A stretch of 64,000 nucleotides of DNA, from contig DBYV01000042.1 of NCBI GenBank assembly GCA_002310995.1, forward strand, positions 17,683 through 81,682. The letters run 5' to 3'. This DNA comes from a bacterium UBP6_UBA1177 (lineage in GTDB: Bacteria > UBP6 > UBA1177). Positions 36,669 to 47,964 of this stretch are shown piece by piece (the first letter of the stretch is position 1; each line of letters begins with the position of its first letter). Made by a program: the position numbers and the translations under genes. The notes under the pieces are model-generated. The model did not search any database. It had not been told where the DNA came from and was given only the letters and a program-made list of their open reading frames with translations.

Positions 36669-37946
36669 ATGTCTGTTTTTGACGAACTTAAAAGACGCGG
36701 TTTTATCGCGCAGGTTACTGACGAAGGTATTATTGAACACTTGAAAAATAACAAAGTCACGGTCTATTGCGGTTTCGATCCTACTGCAAACAGTCTTCAC
36801 ATCGGAAACCTTGTTCCGATCATGGGTTTGGCACATTTCCAGAGGTGCGGGAACAAAGTTCTGGCACTTGTCGGCGGTGCAACCGGAATGATAGGCGATC
36901 CGAGCGGAAGATCTACTGAAAGAAATCTGCAAACCATTGAAAAGGTTAGGGAAAACGTTGAAGCAATAAAAAAACAGATGGGGACAGTCCTTAAATTCGA
37001 CGGCGAAAATCCCGCTGAGATCGTCAACAACTACGACTGGACGGCAAATATGTCGATTCTTGACTGGCTTCGCGATGTCGGCAAATTCTTCACGATCAAC
37101 TACATGCTGACAAAAGATTCGGTAAAGACGAGAATCGCTTCGGAAAACGGAATTTCTTTCACGGAATTCAGCTACATGACTCTTCAGGCGCACGATTTCC
37201 TTCATCTTTTCAAGGAAAAAAATTGCACGGTCGAGTTCGGCGGAAACGACCAGTGGGGCAACATCACGGCAGGTCTTGAGCTCATCAGAAGAATGAATCC
37301 AGATGACGCAGGCAAGGCTTTCGGTATGACTTTCCCGCTTATGACGACTTCAACAGGCGAAAAATTCGGAAAGAGCGCCGGCAACGCTGTTTGGCTTGAC
37401 GCCGAAAAGACTTCGCCTTACCAATACTACCAGTACTGGATCAACATTACTGACGAAGATGTCGAAAAGATGCTGAAAATATTCACATTTTTGGATGTTG
37501 ACGAGATCGAAAAAGTTGTCGAAGAGCACAAAAAAGAGCCTCATTTGAGAAAAGCCCAGATCCTTCTGGCTACAGAAGCGACAAGGATCATGCACGGAGA
37601 AGAAGGGCTCAAAAGCGCACAGGCAGCAAGTGCTGCACTTTTCGGCGGCGATCTCCATGGACTCAGCGAAAAAGACCTCATCAGCATTTTTAAGGACGTT
37701 CCGACGACAACAGTTCCGGCGAGCGACTTCGAAAACGGCGTAAATATTACAGATCTGCTTGTTCTCACAAAGATGCAGCCTTCGAAAGGAAAGGCGAGGG
37801 CAATGATCGCACAGGGCGGCTGCTACATCAACAACGAAAAGGCTGACAATGCCGATATGATGATTACAACATCTGATCTTCTTCACGGCTCGATGCTCGT
37901 GCTTCGCTGCGGCAAGAAAAATTATCATTTAGTCGTCGCGTCGTAA
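36669..37946 (+). CDS. tyrS: tyrosyl-tRNA synthetase
   Basis: GGAGG RBS. HIGH motif (ANSLHIGNL), KMSKS-like KFGKS, C-terminal S4-like domain. Stop codon lies inside a CGTCGTAACGTCG repeat. Confidence 0.9.
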   Translation: MSVFDELKRRGFIAQVTDEGIIEHLKNNKVTVYCGFDPTANSLHIGNLVPIMGLAHFQRCGNKVLALVGGATGMIGDPSGRSTERNLQTIEKVRENVEAIKKQMGTVLKFDGENPAEIVNNYDWTANMSILDWLRDVGKFFTINYMLTKDSVKTRIASENGISFTEFSYMTLQAHDFLHLFKEKNCTVEFGGNDQWGNITAGLELIRRMNPDDAGKAFGMTFPLMTTSTGEKFGKSAGNAVWLDAEKTSPYQYYQYWINITDEDVEKMLKIFTFLDVDEIEKVVEEHKKEPHLRKAQILLATEATRIMHGEEGLKSAQAASAALFGGDLHGLSEKDLISIFKDVPTTTVPASDFENGVNITDLLVLTKMQPSKGKARAMIAQGGCYINNEKADNADMMITTSDLLHGSMLVLRCGKKNYHLVVAS

Positions 37947-37995
37947 CGTCGTTTCGTCGTCACGTTGTCTTCGTCACGTCGTCGCGTCGTAACGT
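37935..37995. repeat. intergenic CGTCG(T/C)(A/C)ACGTCGT repeat between convergent tyrS and ygiQ
   Basis: gtcgtcgcgtcgtaacgtcgtttcgtcgtcacgttgtcttcgtcacgtcgtcgcgtcgtaacgtcgtcacg contains two CGTCGTAACGTCGT copies and two CGTCACG copies. Confidence 0.7.
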
Positions 37996-37997
37996 CG

Positions 37998-39683
37998 TCA
38001 CGACAATTTTTTTCTTTCTGTGATTATTTCCTTCTGACGTTTTCTTCCTTTGAAATTTTTTTCGACAAAAATCTTTTTTCCGTCGAAATTCTTTTCTGTC
38101 CAGTAGAGCGCGGTGGCTTCCGTCGAGGGAGTAGGCGTGAAGATCTGAACTTGTTTCGGGTTGGTTTTCAGGACGCTTGAGATGAATTTTTTCGCTTCGA
38201 TCTGATGCCGCTCGGTACAGCCCGGAAACGCAGCGATGAAATAGTAGGTGAGGAAAAGCGGGCTTTTCAGTTTTCGCACAGTTCTGTCAAAAAGTTCTTT
38301 GAACTCCTTCAGGTTGCGGCCGTCGGGCTTGTTCATCAAATCGGTAACTTCCTTGATTATGTGTTCCGGTGCAATTTTCATCTGTCCCGAAATGTGATGT
38401 GTAAGAATTTCGTTAAGATATTCCTGACCGTGGACTTTGTCGGCTAAAATAAGGTCGTAGCGTATTCCAGAAGAAATAAATATATGCTTGATATTCTTGA
38501 TTTTTCTGACTTTTTTGAGAAGCGAGATCTGACGCGAGTGGTCAACAGGAAGCTTGTCGCAGACTTTCGGGAAAAGACATTCTCTGAGAGCGCAGTGGCC
38601 GTTTTCGCCTTTGACGAAATCCATGCCGTACATATTCGCCGTGGGGCCTCCGAGGTCACCGATTATCCCGTTGAATCCCGGTTTTGAAGCCATTTTCGTG
38701 ATCTCGCGGATTATCGATTCTTCGCTTCTTGAAATTATGTCGGCTCCCTGATGAGCGGTGATTGAGCAGAACGAGCACGCTCCGAAGCATCCGCGGTGCG
38801 TAAGGACCGAGTTTTTGATCGTGTCAAGCGCCCTCACTTCTCCCATTGCGGCGTAATAGGGGTGAACCGCTCTTTCAAAATCGAGTTCGTGGATCTCGTC
38901 AAGTTCCGCGCTTGAGAGCGGAATTGCAGGCGGATTTTGCACGACAAACCTTCCTGCCTGTTTCTGGACGATTCCTTTTTTCAGTTTGCACGAATTGAAA
39001 AAGAGTTTTGACATTTCAAGGAATTTGTCTTTCGAAGCGGCGCATTCCTCAAAGTCGGGAAGTCTGACAAAATCTGCCGGAGCCTCTTTCGCCATGCGGC
39101 ATATCCCGCGGATTTGTTCAATATTTCCGCCGTTTTTCATTGCGTTAGCAAGTTCCAGATTCGCTTTTTCACCCATACCGAAAACGAGGATGTCTGCCTT
39201 TGAATCGGCGAGGATCGAGCCTCTGATTTTGTCGGTGTGCGAATCGTAGTGTGCGAACCGGCGGAGACTCGCTTCGATTCCGCCTATCGTTATCGGCTTT
39301 TTTTCAGTAAAAGTGCGCTGGATTAGGTTTACATACTTTATAACAGCTCTGTCGGGGCGTTTGTTGTTGATTCCGCCTGGAGTGAGGTCGTCCTCTTTTC
39401 GGGGAAGTCCGGCAGAAGTGTAGTTCGCGACCATGCTGTCCATTGCGCCGCCGCTCACTCCCCAGAAAAGCTCAGGAACTCCGAGACGGCTTATGTCTGC
39501 GGGTGAATTTATGTCTGGCTGACTGATGATCCCGACGCGGAAACCGTGTTTTATCAAGTACTTGCCTAAAATCGCGCATCCGTCGAAATATGTGTCGATG
39601 TAGGCGTCACCGCTCACAAAAATTATGTCGCACTTTTCCCAGCCGAGCTTTTTTAACTCTTCTTTAGTTGTCGGAATAAACAT
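37998..39683 (-). CDS. ygiQ: YgiQ-family radical SAM protein (UPF0313)
   Basis: CFGACSFCSITAHQG CxxxCxxC cluster. Conserved N-terminal ...DIIFVSGDAYIDTYF... of YgiQ. Most likely start is MFIPTTKEE. Confidence 0.75.
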   Translation of the reverse strand: MFIPTTKEELKKLGWEKCDIIFVSGDAYIDTYFDGCAILGKYLIKHGFRVGIISQPDINSPADISRLGVPELFWGVSGGAMDSMVANYTSAGLPRKEDDLTPGGINNKRPDRAVIKYVNLIQRTFTEKKPITIGGIEASLRRFAHYDSHTDKIRGSILADSKADILVFGMGEKANLELANAMKNGGNIEQIRGICRMAKEAPADFVRLPDFEECAASKDKFLEMSKLFFNSCKLKKGIVQKQAGRFVVQNPPAIPLSSAELDEIHELDFERAVHPYYAAMGEVRALDTIKNSVLTHRGCFGACSFCSITAHQGADIISRSEESIIREITKMASKPGFNGIIGDLGGPTANMYGMDFVKGENGHCALRECLFPKVCDKLPVDHSRQISLLKKVRKIKNIKHIFISSGIRYDLILADKVHGQEYLNEILTHHISGQMKIAPEHIIKEVTDLMNKPDGRNLKEFKELFDRTVRKLKSPLFLTYYFIAAFPGCTERHQIEAKKFISSVLKTNPKQVQIFTPTPSTEATALYWTEKNFDGKKIFVEKNFKGRKRQKEIITERKKLS

Positions 39684-39789
39684 CAGAATTTCCCTAAAAA
39701 TCAAAAACCGCTGGAATTTAATACGAAAAGGTGAAATTGACAAGCATTTCCGAAAATATACTATTCACAGCTTTTTGTGAGGTGGAAAA

Positions 39790-40842
39790 ATGATAAAATT
39801 CGACTGTGACTACCTTGAAGGGTGTCATCCGAATATTCTGAAAATGCTTGAAAAAACCAATTTCGAGCAGACTGAGGGCTACGGCTGCGACAAATACTGC
39901 GAAAAAGCAAAAAAACTCATTCTTTCGGCGTGCGGATTTGCAGGAAAACGGGGAAAAAATGTGCCGGATGTCCATTTTCTTGTGGGCGGGACACAGACGA
40001 ACACGACTGTCATTTCGGCGATACTCAGACCGCATCAGGGCGTTGTTTCGGCTGTAACGGGGCATGTGAATGTGCACGAAACCGGCGCAATCGAGTCAAC
40101 CGGCCACAAGGTTCTCGCACTTCCTTCCAGTGACGGGAAGCTGACTGCGGAGCAAGTTGAAAAATATGTAAAATCATGTGTAAATGACTGTAATTACGAG
40201 CATATTGTTCAGCCTGGAATGGTTTACATTTCATTCCCGACAGAAAACGGCACAGTTTATTCCAAACGCGAACTTTCGGAACTTCGCAAAGTGTGCCTCA
40301 AATACAAACTTCCGCTTTTTATTGACGGAGCACGTCTTGGTTACGGGATTAAGGCATCCGGAAACGACCTGACTCTGCCGGATATTGCAGCACTCTGCGA
40401 TGTTTTTTATATCGGCGGAACAAAAAACGGTGCACTATTTGGCGAAGCGGTTGTGATAACAAACAATGCTTTCAAAAAAGATTTCCGCAACATCATAAAG
40501 CAACGCGGCGGAATGCTGGCGAAAGGGCGTCTGCTCGGGATACAGTTTATGACACTTTTTTCCGACGATCTTTATTTCAGACTTGCGGAACATGCTGTAA
40601 AAACGGCGGCGAAAATAAAAAATGCCTTAAAAAACAAGGGAATAGAGTTTCTTTTCGATTCTCCCACAAACCAGATTTTTCCGGTTTTTCCCGATGAAAT
40701 TTATGAAAAACTGTCAAAAAAATTCTCTTTCGCGTTCTGGGAAAATGTTGATGAAAAGCGGACCGCAGTCCGAATCTGCACGAGCTGGGCAACGAAAGAG
40801 AGCGATGTTGCAGAGTTGATAAAGGCGTTTTCTTCAAATTGA
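39790..40842 (+). CDS. PLP-dependent beta-eliminating lyase / low-specificity threonine aldolase family protein
   Basis: GGTQTNTTV, IDGARLGYG and YIGGTKNG (PLP-Lys) motifs of the LtaE/tryptophanase fold. Confidence 0.6.
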   Translation: MIKFDCDYLEGCHPNILKMLEKTNFEQTEGYGCDKYCEKAKKLILSACGFAGKRGKNVPDVHFLVGGTQTNTTVISAILRPHQGVVSAVTGHVNVHETGAIESTGHKVLALPSSDGKLTAEQVEKYVKSCVNDCNYEHIVQPGMVYISFPTENGTVYSKRELSELRKVCLKYKLPLFIDGARLGYGIKASGNDLTLPDIAALCDVFYIGGTKNGALFGEAVVITNNAFKKDFRNIIKQRGGMLAKGRLLGIQFMTLFSDDLYFRLAEHAVKTAAKIKNALKNKGIEFLFDSPTNQIFPVFPDEIYEKLSKKFSFAFWENVDEKRTAVRICTSWATKESDVAELIKAFSSN

Positions 40843-40900
40843 CAACAACTGATAAAACTGTAATATATCCGGTTTTTTGTGCGGGTTTAAGGAGAGTTTT

Positions 40901-41959
40901 ATGTATTTTTTTAATTCCAAGGTTGCAAATTTACACAGAATTTTTGATCAGAACGAAAGAAAGGACTTCCTGCGTCTCGATCTTAACGAAAATCCAGGCG
41001 GTCTGCCTGAAAATTTTATTAAAAAAGTGCTTGACGGTGTTACTCCGCAGCTTGTCTCGCAGTATCCCGAAACGAAACATTTTTCCGAAGTTCTGGCAAA
41101 ACATCTGGGAACTGACATTTCACATCTCTGTCTTGTAAACGGTTCGGCTGAGGGAATCCGCTATATAATTCAGGCATTTACAAGCGAAAACGGCAGAATT
41201 GTCGGTGTTGTTCCTTCATATTTTATGTTTCAGGTCTATTCCGAAATGTACGGAAGGAATTTCGTGAAAGTTCCTTACAACGAAGATCTGACGATGGATG
41301 TTGACAACATAATCGCCGAAATGACCGGAGATACGCAACTTCTCATACTTTTGAACCCGAACAACCCGATGGGAAACGTCTATACCGATGCTGAATTTGA
41401 AAAAATTCTGAAAGTCGCGAAAGAAAAAGAGATAACGGTGCTTGTTGACGAGGCTTATCACTATTTTTATCCGAAAACTTTTATAAAATACGCACTTAAC
41501 GGGGAACATATCTTCATAACGCGCACGTTTTCCAAGCTTTTTTCTATGGCCGGATGCCGTCTAGGCTATGTCGTAGGATGGGCGGAAGGTGTCAGAATGG
41601 TTCAGAAACTCTGCACTCCGCACAACACGAACGCTTTTGCGATGAGAATTGCCGAGGCTGTTCTCGAAACTCCGGGTATGCTGGACGAACTTATCGCGAA
41701 ATTCACGGAAGGAAGAAAATTCCTTGTAGACTGGCTTGACAGAAACGGCTATCCTCATGTCGGGGAAGCCGGGAACTTTATTTTTATAAAGCCGAAAACC
41801 GATGCGGCGGCGATCGTTGACAGAATGAAAGAAGAGAAAAAAATTCTTATAAAAGTATATCCGGGTGTCGGAAAATTCGGGAACTGCCTGCGTGTTTCAA
41901 TCGGCGAAAAAGTATATATGCAGCGCTTTGTTGACGCTCTGCTTGAACTGGATAAGTAG
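40901..41959 (+). CDS. class I/II PLP aminotransferase, HisC/CobD-like (histidinol-phosphate aminotransferase or phospho-amino-acid decarboxylase family)
   Basis: LDLNENPGG N-terminal motif. FSKLFSMAGCRLGY PLP-lysine region. About 350 aa, as in HisC/CobD. Confidence 0.65.
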   Translation: MYFFNSKVANLHRIFDQNERKDFLRLDLNENPGGLPENFIKKVLDGVTPQLVSQYPETKHFSEVLAKHLGTDISHLCLVNGSAEGIRYIIQAFTSENGRIVGVVPSYFMFQVYSEMYGRNFVKVPYNEDLTMDVDNIIAEMTGDTQLLILLNPNNPMGNVYTDAEFEKILKVAKEKEITVLVDEAYHYFYPKTFIKYALNGEHIFITRTFSKLFSMAGCRLGYVVGWAEGVRMVQKLCTPHNTNAFAMRIAEAVLETPGMLDELIAKFTEGRKFLVDWLDRNGYPHVGEAGNFIFIKPKTDAAAIVDRMKEEKKILIKVYPGVGKFGNCLRVSIGEKVYMQRFVDALLELDK

Positions 41960-41968
41960 GTTCTAAAG

Positions 41969-43243
41969 ATGATAAAGGTAATAACTTACGGTACTTACGA
42001 TCTTCTTCACTTCGGTCACATAAGACTTTTGGAACGTGCCAAGGCGCTGGGAGACTATCTGATAGTCGGTGTTACAAGCGACGATTACGATAAAACACGC
42101 GGTAAAATCAACAACCAGCAGTCACTGATGGAGCGTATCGCTGCCGTGAAAGCCACAGGACTTGCCGACGAGATCATCGTCGAAGAGTATGAAGGGCAGA
42201 AAATCGACGATATCCGCCGTTTGGGAGTCGATATTTTCACTGTCGGATCTGACTGGATCGGCAAATTCGATTATCTGAACGAGTTCTGCAAAGTTGTTTA
42301 TCTGCCGAGGACAGAAGGGGTCTCAAGTTCCGAAATCAGGGCTGAAAAACGCAAGCTTGTCATCGGAATAATCGGCGAAGGGAACATCTGCGACAAATTT
42401 ATCCGCGAGACAAAGTTCGTGAACGGTGTGGAAAGTAGGGACTGCGGTCCTGATTTCAAAGATGTGGATGCTGTTTATGTGGCATCGCATCCGAATACAC
42501 ATTACGATGTCATAAAAAAAGCACTTAATGCAGGAAAACATGTTCTCTGTGAATCTCCGATAGCTCTAAGTGTCGAAGAATACAAAGAATTGATGGCACT
42601 TTCGCATGAAAATGGTCTTATCCTTGCGGACGCTATAAAAACGGCTTATTCAACAGCCTACTCGCGTCTGCTGGTTGTCGCAAAGAGCGGAAGGATAGGG
42701 GATATAGTTTCGGTAGATTCTGTCTGCACAAGTCTTCATGGCGGGGCAGGCGAGGCAAATGCAGACCTTGCCTCGAAGCAGAACAGTATTTGCGAATGGG
42801 GACCTACGGCGGTGCTGCCGATATTCCAGCTGCTTGGTACGCAGTACAAAAGTTGCCGGATAACTACAAAAATCATAAACAAAGAGCTGAACTACGACGG
42901 TTTTACGAAGATAGATTTCGTTTTTGACAAGGCTGTTGCATCGGCAAAAGTCGCCAAAGCCGCTAAAGCCGAAGGAGAGCTGATAGTTACCGGGACAAAA
43001 GGATACATATATGTTCCGGCTCCATGGTGGAAAACCGATTATTTTGAAGTAAGGTTTGAAGATCAGAGTGAAAACAAAAGATATTTTTATCAGCTTGACG
43101 GTGAGGGAATCCGTTATGAAATAGTCGCTTTCGCGAGAGCTGTTGAAAGCAAAATGAAAAATCTTTATGTCGAAGACGAGATTTCCGAAAAAACGATCGG
43201 TGTAATTGAAGAGTTTAATAATCACAGGTATGTGGAAATTTAA
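41969..43243 (+). CDS. fusion protein: N-terminal cytidylyltransferase (TagD/ECT-like, GTYDLLHFGHIRLL) + C-terminal Gfo/Idh/MocA-family NAD(P)-dependent oxidoreductase
   Basis: HxGH nucleotidyltransferase motif at residues 8-21 and RTEGVSSSEI. Second half has a Rossmann GIIGEGNI motif and VLCESPIAL, typical of Gfo/Idh/MocA. Confidence 0.65.
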   Translation: MIKVITYGTYDLLHFGHIRLLERAKALGDYLIVGVTSDDYDKTRGKINNQQSLMERIAAVKATGLADEIIVEEYEGQKIDDIRRLGVDIFTVGSDWIGKFDYLNEFCKVVYLPRTEGVSSSEIRAEKRKLVIGIIGEGNICDKFIRETKFVNGVESRDCGPDFKDVDAVYVASHPNTHYDVIKKALNAGKHVLCESPIALSVEEYKELMALSHENGLILADAIKTAYSTAYSRLLVVAKSGRIGDIVSVDSVCTSLHGGAGEANADLASKQNSICEWGPTAVLPIFQLLGTQYKSCRITTKIINKELNYDGFTKIDFVFDKAVASAKVAKAAKAEGELIVTGTKGYIYVPAPWWKTDYFEVRFEDQSENKRYFYQLDGEGIRYEIVAFARAVESKMKNLYVEDEISEKTIGVIEEFNNHRYVEI

Positions 43244-43251
43244 TCTAAAAA

Positions 43252-44229
43252 ATGTCTAATAAAATCAATTACAAGAAAATCTTACGCATAGTGATGTTCA
43301 TAGCATCCTGGGTGATGCTTTTCTTTCTGTTAAGGTATATCGGTTTCGATAAAGTAAAGGAAACATTCCTGAGTGTCGGCTGGAAAGGGGCTTTGGTTCT
43401 TCTGCTTATCGGATTTGTCGAGCACGCTTCCGACTCTCTGGCTGTCTGCTTTGCTCTTCCGCAGCGGAAAAACTTTATAAATGTCATGGCTTCCAACTGC
43501 TTCGGCAGTCTTGTAAACGATCTGGTTCCGTGGGAAGTCGGCGAACTGGTAAAAATAGGGCTTCTTAATAATGTCGCAGGTTACGAAAATTCGATAAAAG
43601 GTGTCGTTCTCTGGAATTATGTGTTTAAAATTGCAAAATCAACGGCGTTGTTTTCTATGGTGTTGATTTCATTGATTTTTTACCTGATAATTCCTGATGA
43701 TTACTATCAGCTCAATAAATTCTGGCTGATTCTAGGATGCTCTGTACTGGGATTTCTACCTTATTTCGGCATGATGATTCTTCTAAAATTGAATGTCTTT
43801 GCCAAGGTAGCTAAAGTATTTAAATATTTCGGCAAAAAGAATGCGGATGAAATTCTTAAAAAAGCCGAACAGATGGATAAGGATCTGAATCAGTTTAAAA
43901 AAGAACGTCCTAAAGACTATCACACTGTTTTCGGAATTCAGTTCTTCGCAAGGTATGTCTCGCTTGTGACTTTTCTTCTGTGTAACTATTTTGTCGGTGA
44001 CAACTATGCGATTCCGGTTCTTACATTAACATATTGTGCAATAAATTTAGGTAATTACATAACAGCTTTTATTCCTATGAAAGTAGGTGTTATCGAAGGA
44101 ACTAATTATATAATTTTTGCTTTAATGGGTTTGTCGGGCGACATCGGGGCTCTTACAAACATAATTCTGCGAATAAAGGCTCTGGTCGTAAAATCTGTTA
44201 TTGCCGCGCTTTCGATTGTAAATAAATGA
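43252..44229 (+). CDS. polytopic membrane protein, flippase-like (lysylphosphatidylglycerol-synthase TM-region / UPF0104-like)
   Basis: Eight predicted TM helices. Central cytoplasmic loop with KKERPKDYH. Confidence 0.5.
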   Translation: MSNKINYKKILRIVMFIASWVMLFFLLRYIGFDKVKETFLSVGWKGALVLLLIGFVEHASDSLAVCFALPQRKNFINVMASNCFGSLVNDLVPWEVGELVKIGLLNNVAGYENSIKGVVLWNYVFKIAKSTALFSMVLISLIFYLIIPDDYYQLNKFWLILGCSVLGFLPYFGMMILLKLNVFAKVAKVFKYFGKKNADEILKKAEQMDKDLNQFKKERPKDYHTVFGIQFFARYVSLVTFLLCNYFVGDNYAIPVLTLTYCAINLGNYITAFIPMKVGVIEGTNYIIFALMGLSGDIGALTNIILRIKALVVKSVIAALSIVNK

Positions 44230-44265
44230 AGCCGAAAAACTTGTTTATAAAACGCTTATCAATAA

Positions 44266-45594
<1,329 letters not shown>

Positions 45595-45646
45595 GGTTTT
45601 TTACAGCAAAAATGTTTAATGAAATTAGCTTGTTGATTTAAAAAGT

Positions 45647-45674
45647 GTTGACATGTTTCTTATGTGTTCTATTA
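45647..45674 (+). promoter_or_regulatory. sigma-70-type promoter TTGACA-16nt-TATTAT upstream of the sigma-region-4 protein gene
   Basis: Consensus -35, 16-bp spacer, near-consensus -10, about 90 bp upstream of ATG 45767. Confidence 0.55.
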
Positions 45675-45766
45675 TTCAGCGCCGTTTTTGTTTTTTGTGA
45701 ACGATATGATAAAAAATAACCGTTTGACAATATTACAACATTACCAACTTTTTTCGGAGTGAAATT

Positions 45767-46210
45767 ATGGCACCGAAAGAAAAAACCAAAAAAAAGGAGA
45801 AACCTTATACCGAGGTTATCACGGAACAGAAGGGAAAACTCGAAGAAGGTTCGATTTACTGGGATCTGATTGACATCACGTCGTATCAGAAGCCGAAAAA
45901 CCGTTCCGAGTGTCTCAAATTGAAAAGGCCCTGCCTTTTTGTTTCGTGCAAGTATCATCTTTTTCTTGATGTAAATCCGGAAACAAAGTCAATCAAATTC
46001 AATTTCCCCGGGAAAGAAGTATGGGAACTCCGCGAGACATGCGCTCTCGATGTTGCTGACAAGGGCGGTGTAACCCTTGAAGAAGTCGGAACAATCATGA
46101 ATCTGACAAGAGAGAGGATCCGCCAGGTCGAAATGAGGGCTTTGCAGAAACTTCGTCAGAACAGTACCCAGTACAATGTTCAGAGTATCAGTTTCCTGAG
46201 CGACAGATAG
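45767..46210 (+). CDS. small stand-alone sigma-70 region 4.2-like HTH protein with basic N-terminus and C-x6-C-x4-C-x-H motif
   Basis: [32 protein letters not shown] closely matches the primary-sigma region 4.2 consensus (TLEEVG...VTRERIRQIEAKALRKLR). No sigma region 2 present. Confidence 0.6.
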   Translation: MAPKEKTKKKEKPYTEVITEQKGKLEEGSIYWDLIDITSYQKPKNRSECLKLKRPCLFVSCKYHLFLDVNPETKSIKFNFPGKEVWELRETCALDVADKGGVTLEEVGTIMNLTRERIRQVEMRALQKLRQNSTQYNVQSISFLSDR

Positions 46211-46236
46211 TTTTACCCACCCCACTGAGAGGAAAA

Positions 46237-47904
46237 ATGATAAAAGAAAACCTTGTCGAGACCATTGAAAAATCAATTGTTAAAAATTGGGACAACCCCT
46301 GTTTCAGTGATTACGGCGGGGATTCCTGTTCATACTCGGATGTCGCGGCCAGCATAGTCAGAACGCATGAGCTTTTTAAGAAATTTGACATAAAAAAGGG
46401 TGACAAGATCGCTCTGTGCGGCAGAAATTCGTCGAACTGGGCAATAACTTATCTTGCAACAGTTTCTTACGGGGCGGTTATTGTTCCGATTCTTGTCGAT
46501 TTCTCGCCTGAAGAAATAGTCCACATTGTTAACCATTCCGATTCCAGGCTGTTTTTTGCATCCGATTCGGTTTTTGATAAGGTGAACGGGCTTTCGTTTG
46601 AACAACTCGAAGCAGTGATATCCCTTGAAGACTTCGGATTTTTCTATGTCAAAGATGATGAATTAAAAGCAAATGCTGTTCTGAAAATAAAAGACTTTGA
46701 TGAAAAACTTAAACAAAATCCATTGGTTAAAGAAAATTTCCATCTTGAACACATACCGAACGACACTCAGGCTTCGATAGTCTATACTTCGGGTACGACA
46801 GGTTTTTCAAAAGGGGTCATGCTGACTCACAACGCACTCATGGTAAATGTGAAATTTTTTGTTGACCACCTTTTGAAAGATGAGCCTGGAAATGTTCTTG
46901 CCTTCCTTCCGCTTGCACATTGCTTCGGTTGTGCCTACGATTTTCTTTCACAGTTTGCACGCGGCGCTCACATCTATTTTTTGGGAAAAATTCCGACTCC
47001 TAAGGTCATTCTTCAGGCTTTTGAGGAGATAAATCCGGTTATTGTCGTAACGGTCCCGCTGATTCTGGAAAAGATATATCTCTCCAAAATCGTTCCCCTT
47101 CTTGAAGGCTCGATTCTCGGAACTTTGATAAAAATACCGTTTATTAACAAGCTGATTTATTCAAAAATTGGTGAAAAGATAAACAACGCTTTCGGCAGCA
47201 ACCACTTTGAGCTTCTTATAGGCGGAGCTGCTTTTAATCCGCAGATCGAAGAGTTTTTCAAAAAGTGCGGTGTCAGATTTACGGTCGGTTACGGCATGAC
47301 GGAATGTGCACCACTTATAGCGTATTCTCATTATTTTGACGGTCGTCCTGTAGGAAGCTGCGGAAAGGTGATAGACGCTCTTGAACTGAAAATTGATTCT
47401 CCGGACGAGAACGGAGTCGGGGAAATATGCGTTAAAGGCGAGAATGTTTTTATCGGTTACTACAAAATGGAAAAGGAAACAGCCGAATCTTTTGACAGCG
47501 ACGGCTGGTTCCATACAGGTGATCTCGGTTTTGTTGATAAAAACGGATTTCTTTACATAAAAGGTCGCATAAAAAGCATGATTCTCTCGGCTTCCGGACA
47601 AAACATTTACCCTGAGGAGATTGAGGCAAGACTGAATTCGATGCCGTATGTCATAGAATCTTTGGTTGTCGAAACCAAAGACCATAAACTTACAGCCTTT
47701 GTCTATCCGGATATGACCAAAGCTGCGAAGGATAACATTGATGAACAAAAACTGAACGAAATAATGCAGGAAAACCGCGTCAAACTCAACGAGGCTTCCT
47801 CTTCTTTCGCCAAGATAACTGATATAAAAATCCATCCGCAGGAATTTGAAAAAACTTCGACAAAAAAGATAAAGAGAAGACTTTACCAGAATCTGACGGA
47901 TTGA
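46237..47904 (+). CDS. AMP-dependent synthetase/ligase (long-chain fatty-acid--CoA ligase-like)
   Basis: AMP-binding signature IVYTSGTTGFSKGVMLTH. 555 aa ANL superfamily architecture. Confidence 0.8.
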   Translation: MIKENLVETIEKSIVKNWDNPCFSDYGGDSCSYSDVAASIVRTHELFKKFDIKKGDKIALCGRNSSNWAITYLATVSYGAVIVPILVDFSPEEIVHIVNHSDSRLFFASDSVFDKVNGLSFEQLEAVISLEDFGFFYVKDDELKANAVLKIKDFDEKLKQNPLVKENFHLEHIPNDTQASIVYTSGTTGFSKGVMLTHNALMVNVKFFVDHLLKDEPGNVLAFLPLAHCFGCAYDFLSQFARGAHIYFLGKIPTPKVILQAFEEINPVIVVTVPLILEKIYLSKIVPLLEGSILGTLIKIPFINKLIYSKIGEKINNAFGSNHFELLIGGAAFNPQIEEFFKKCGVRFTVGYGMTECAPLIAYSHYFDGRPVGSCGKVIDALELKIDSPDENGVGEICVKGENVFIGYYKMEKETAESFDSDGWFHTGDLGFVDKNGFLYIKGRIKSMILSASGQNIYPEEIEARLNSMPYVIESLVVETKDHKLTAFVYPDMTKAAKDNIDEQKLNEIMQENRVKLNEASSSFAKITDIKIHPQEFEKTSTKKIKRRLYQNLTD

Positions 47905-47924
47905 ATGTAAAAACAAGGAATTTC

Positions 47925-47952
47925 TTGACTTTGACAGGTACTCTTGTATAGT
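47925..47952 (+). promoter_or_regulatory. promoter TTGACT-16nt-TATAGT directing the tRNA-Gly
   Basis: -10 ends 12 nt before the mature tRNA 5' end. Confidence 0.55.
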
Positions 47953-47964
47953 TCTGCGGCTTTT

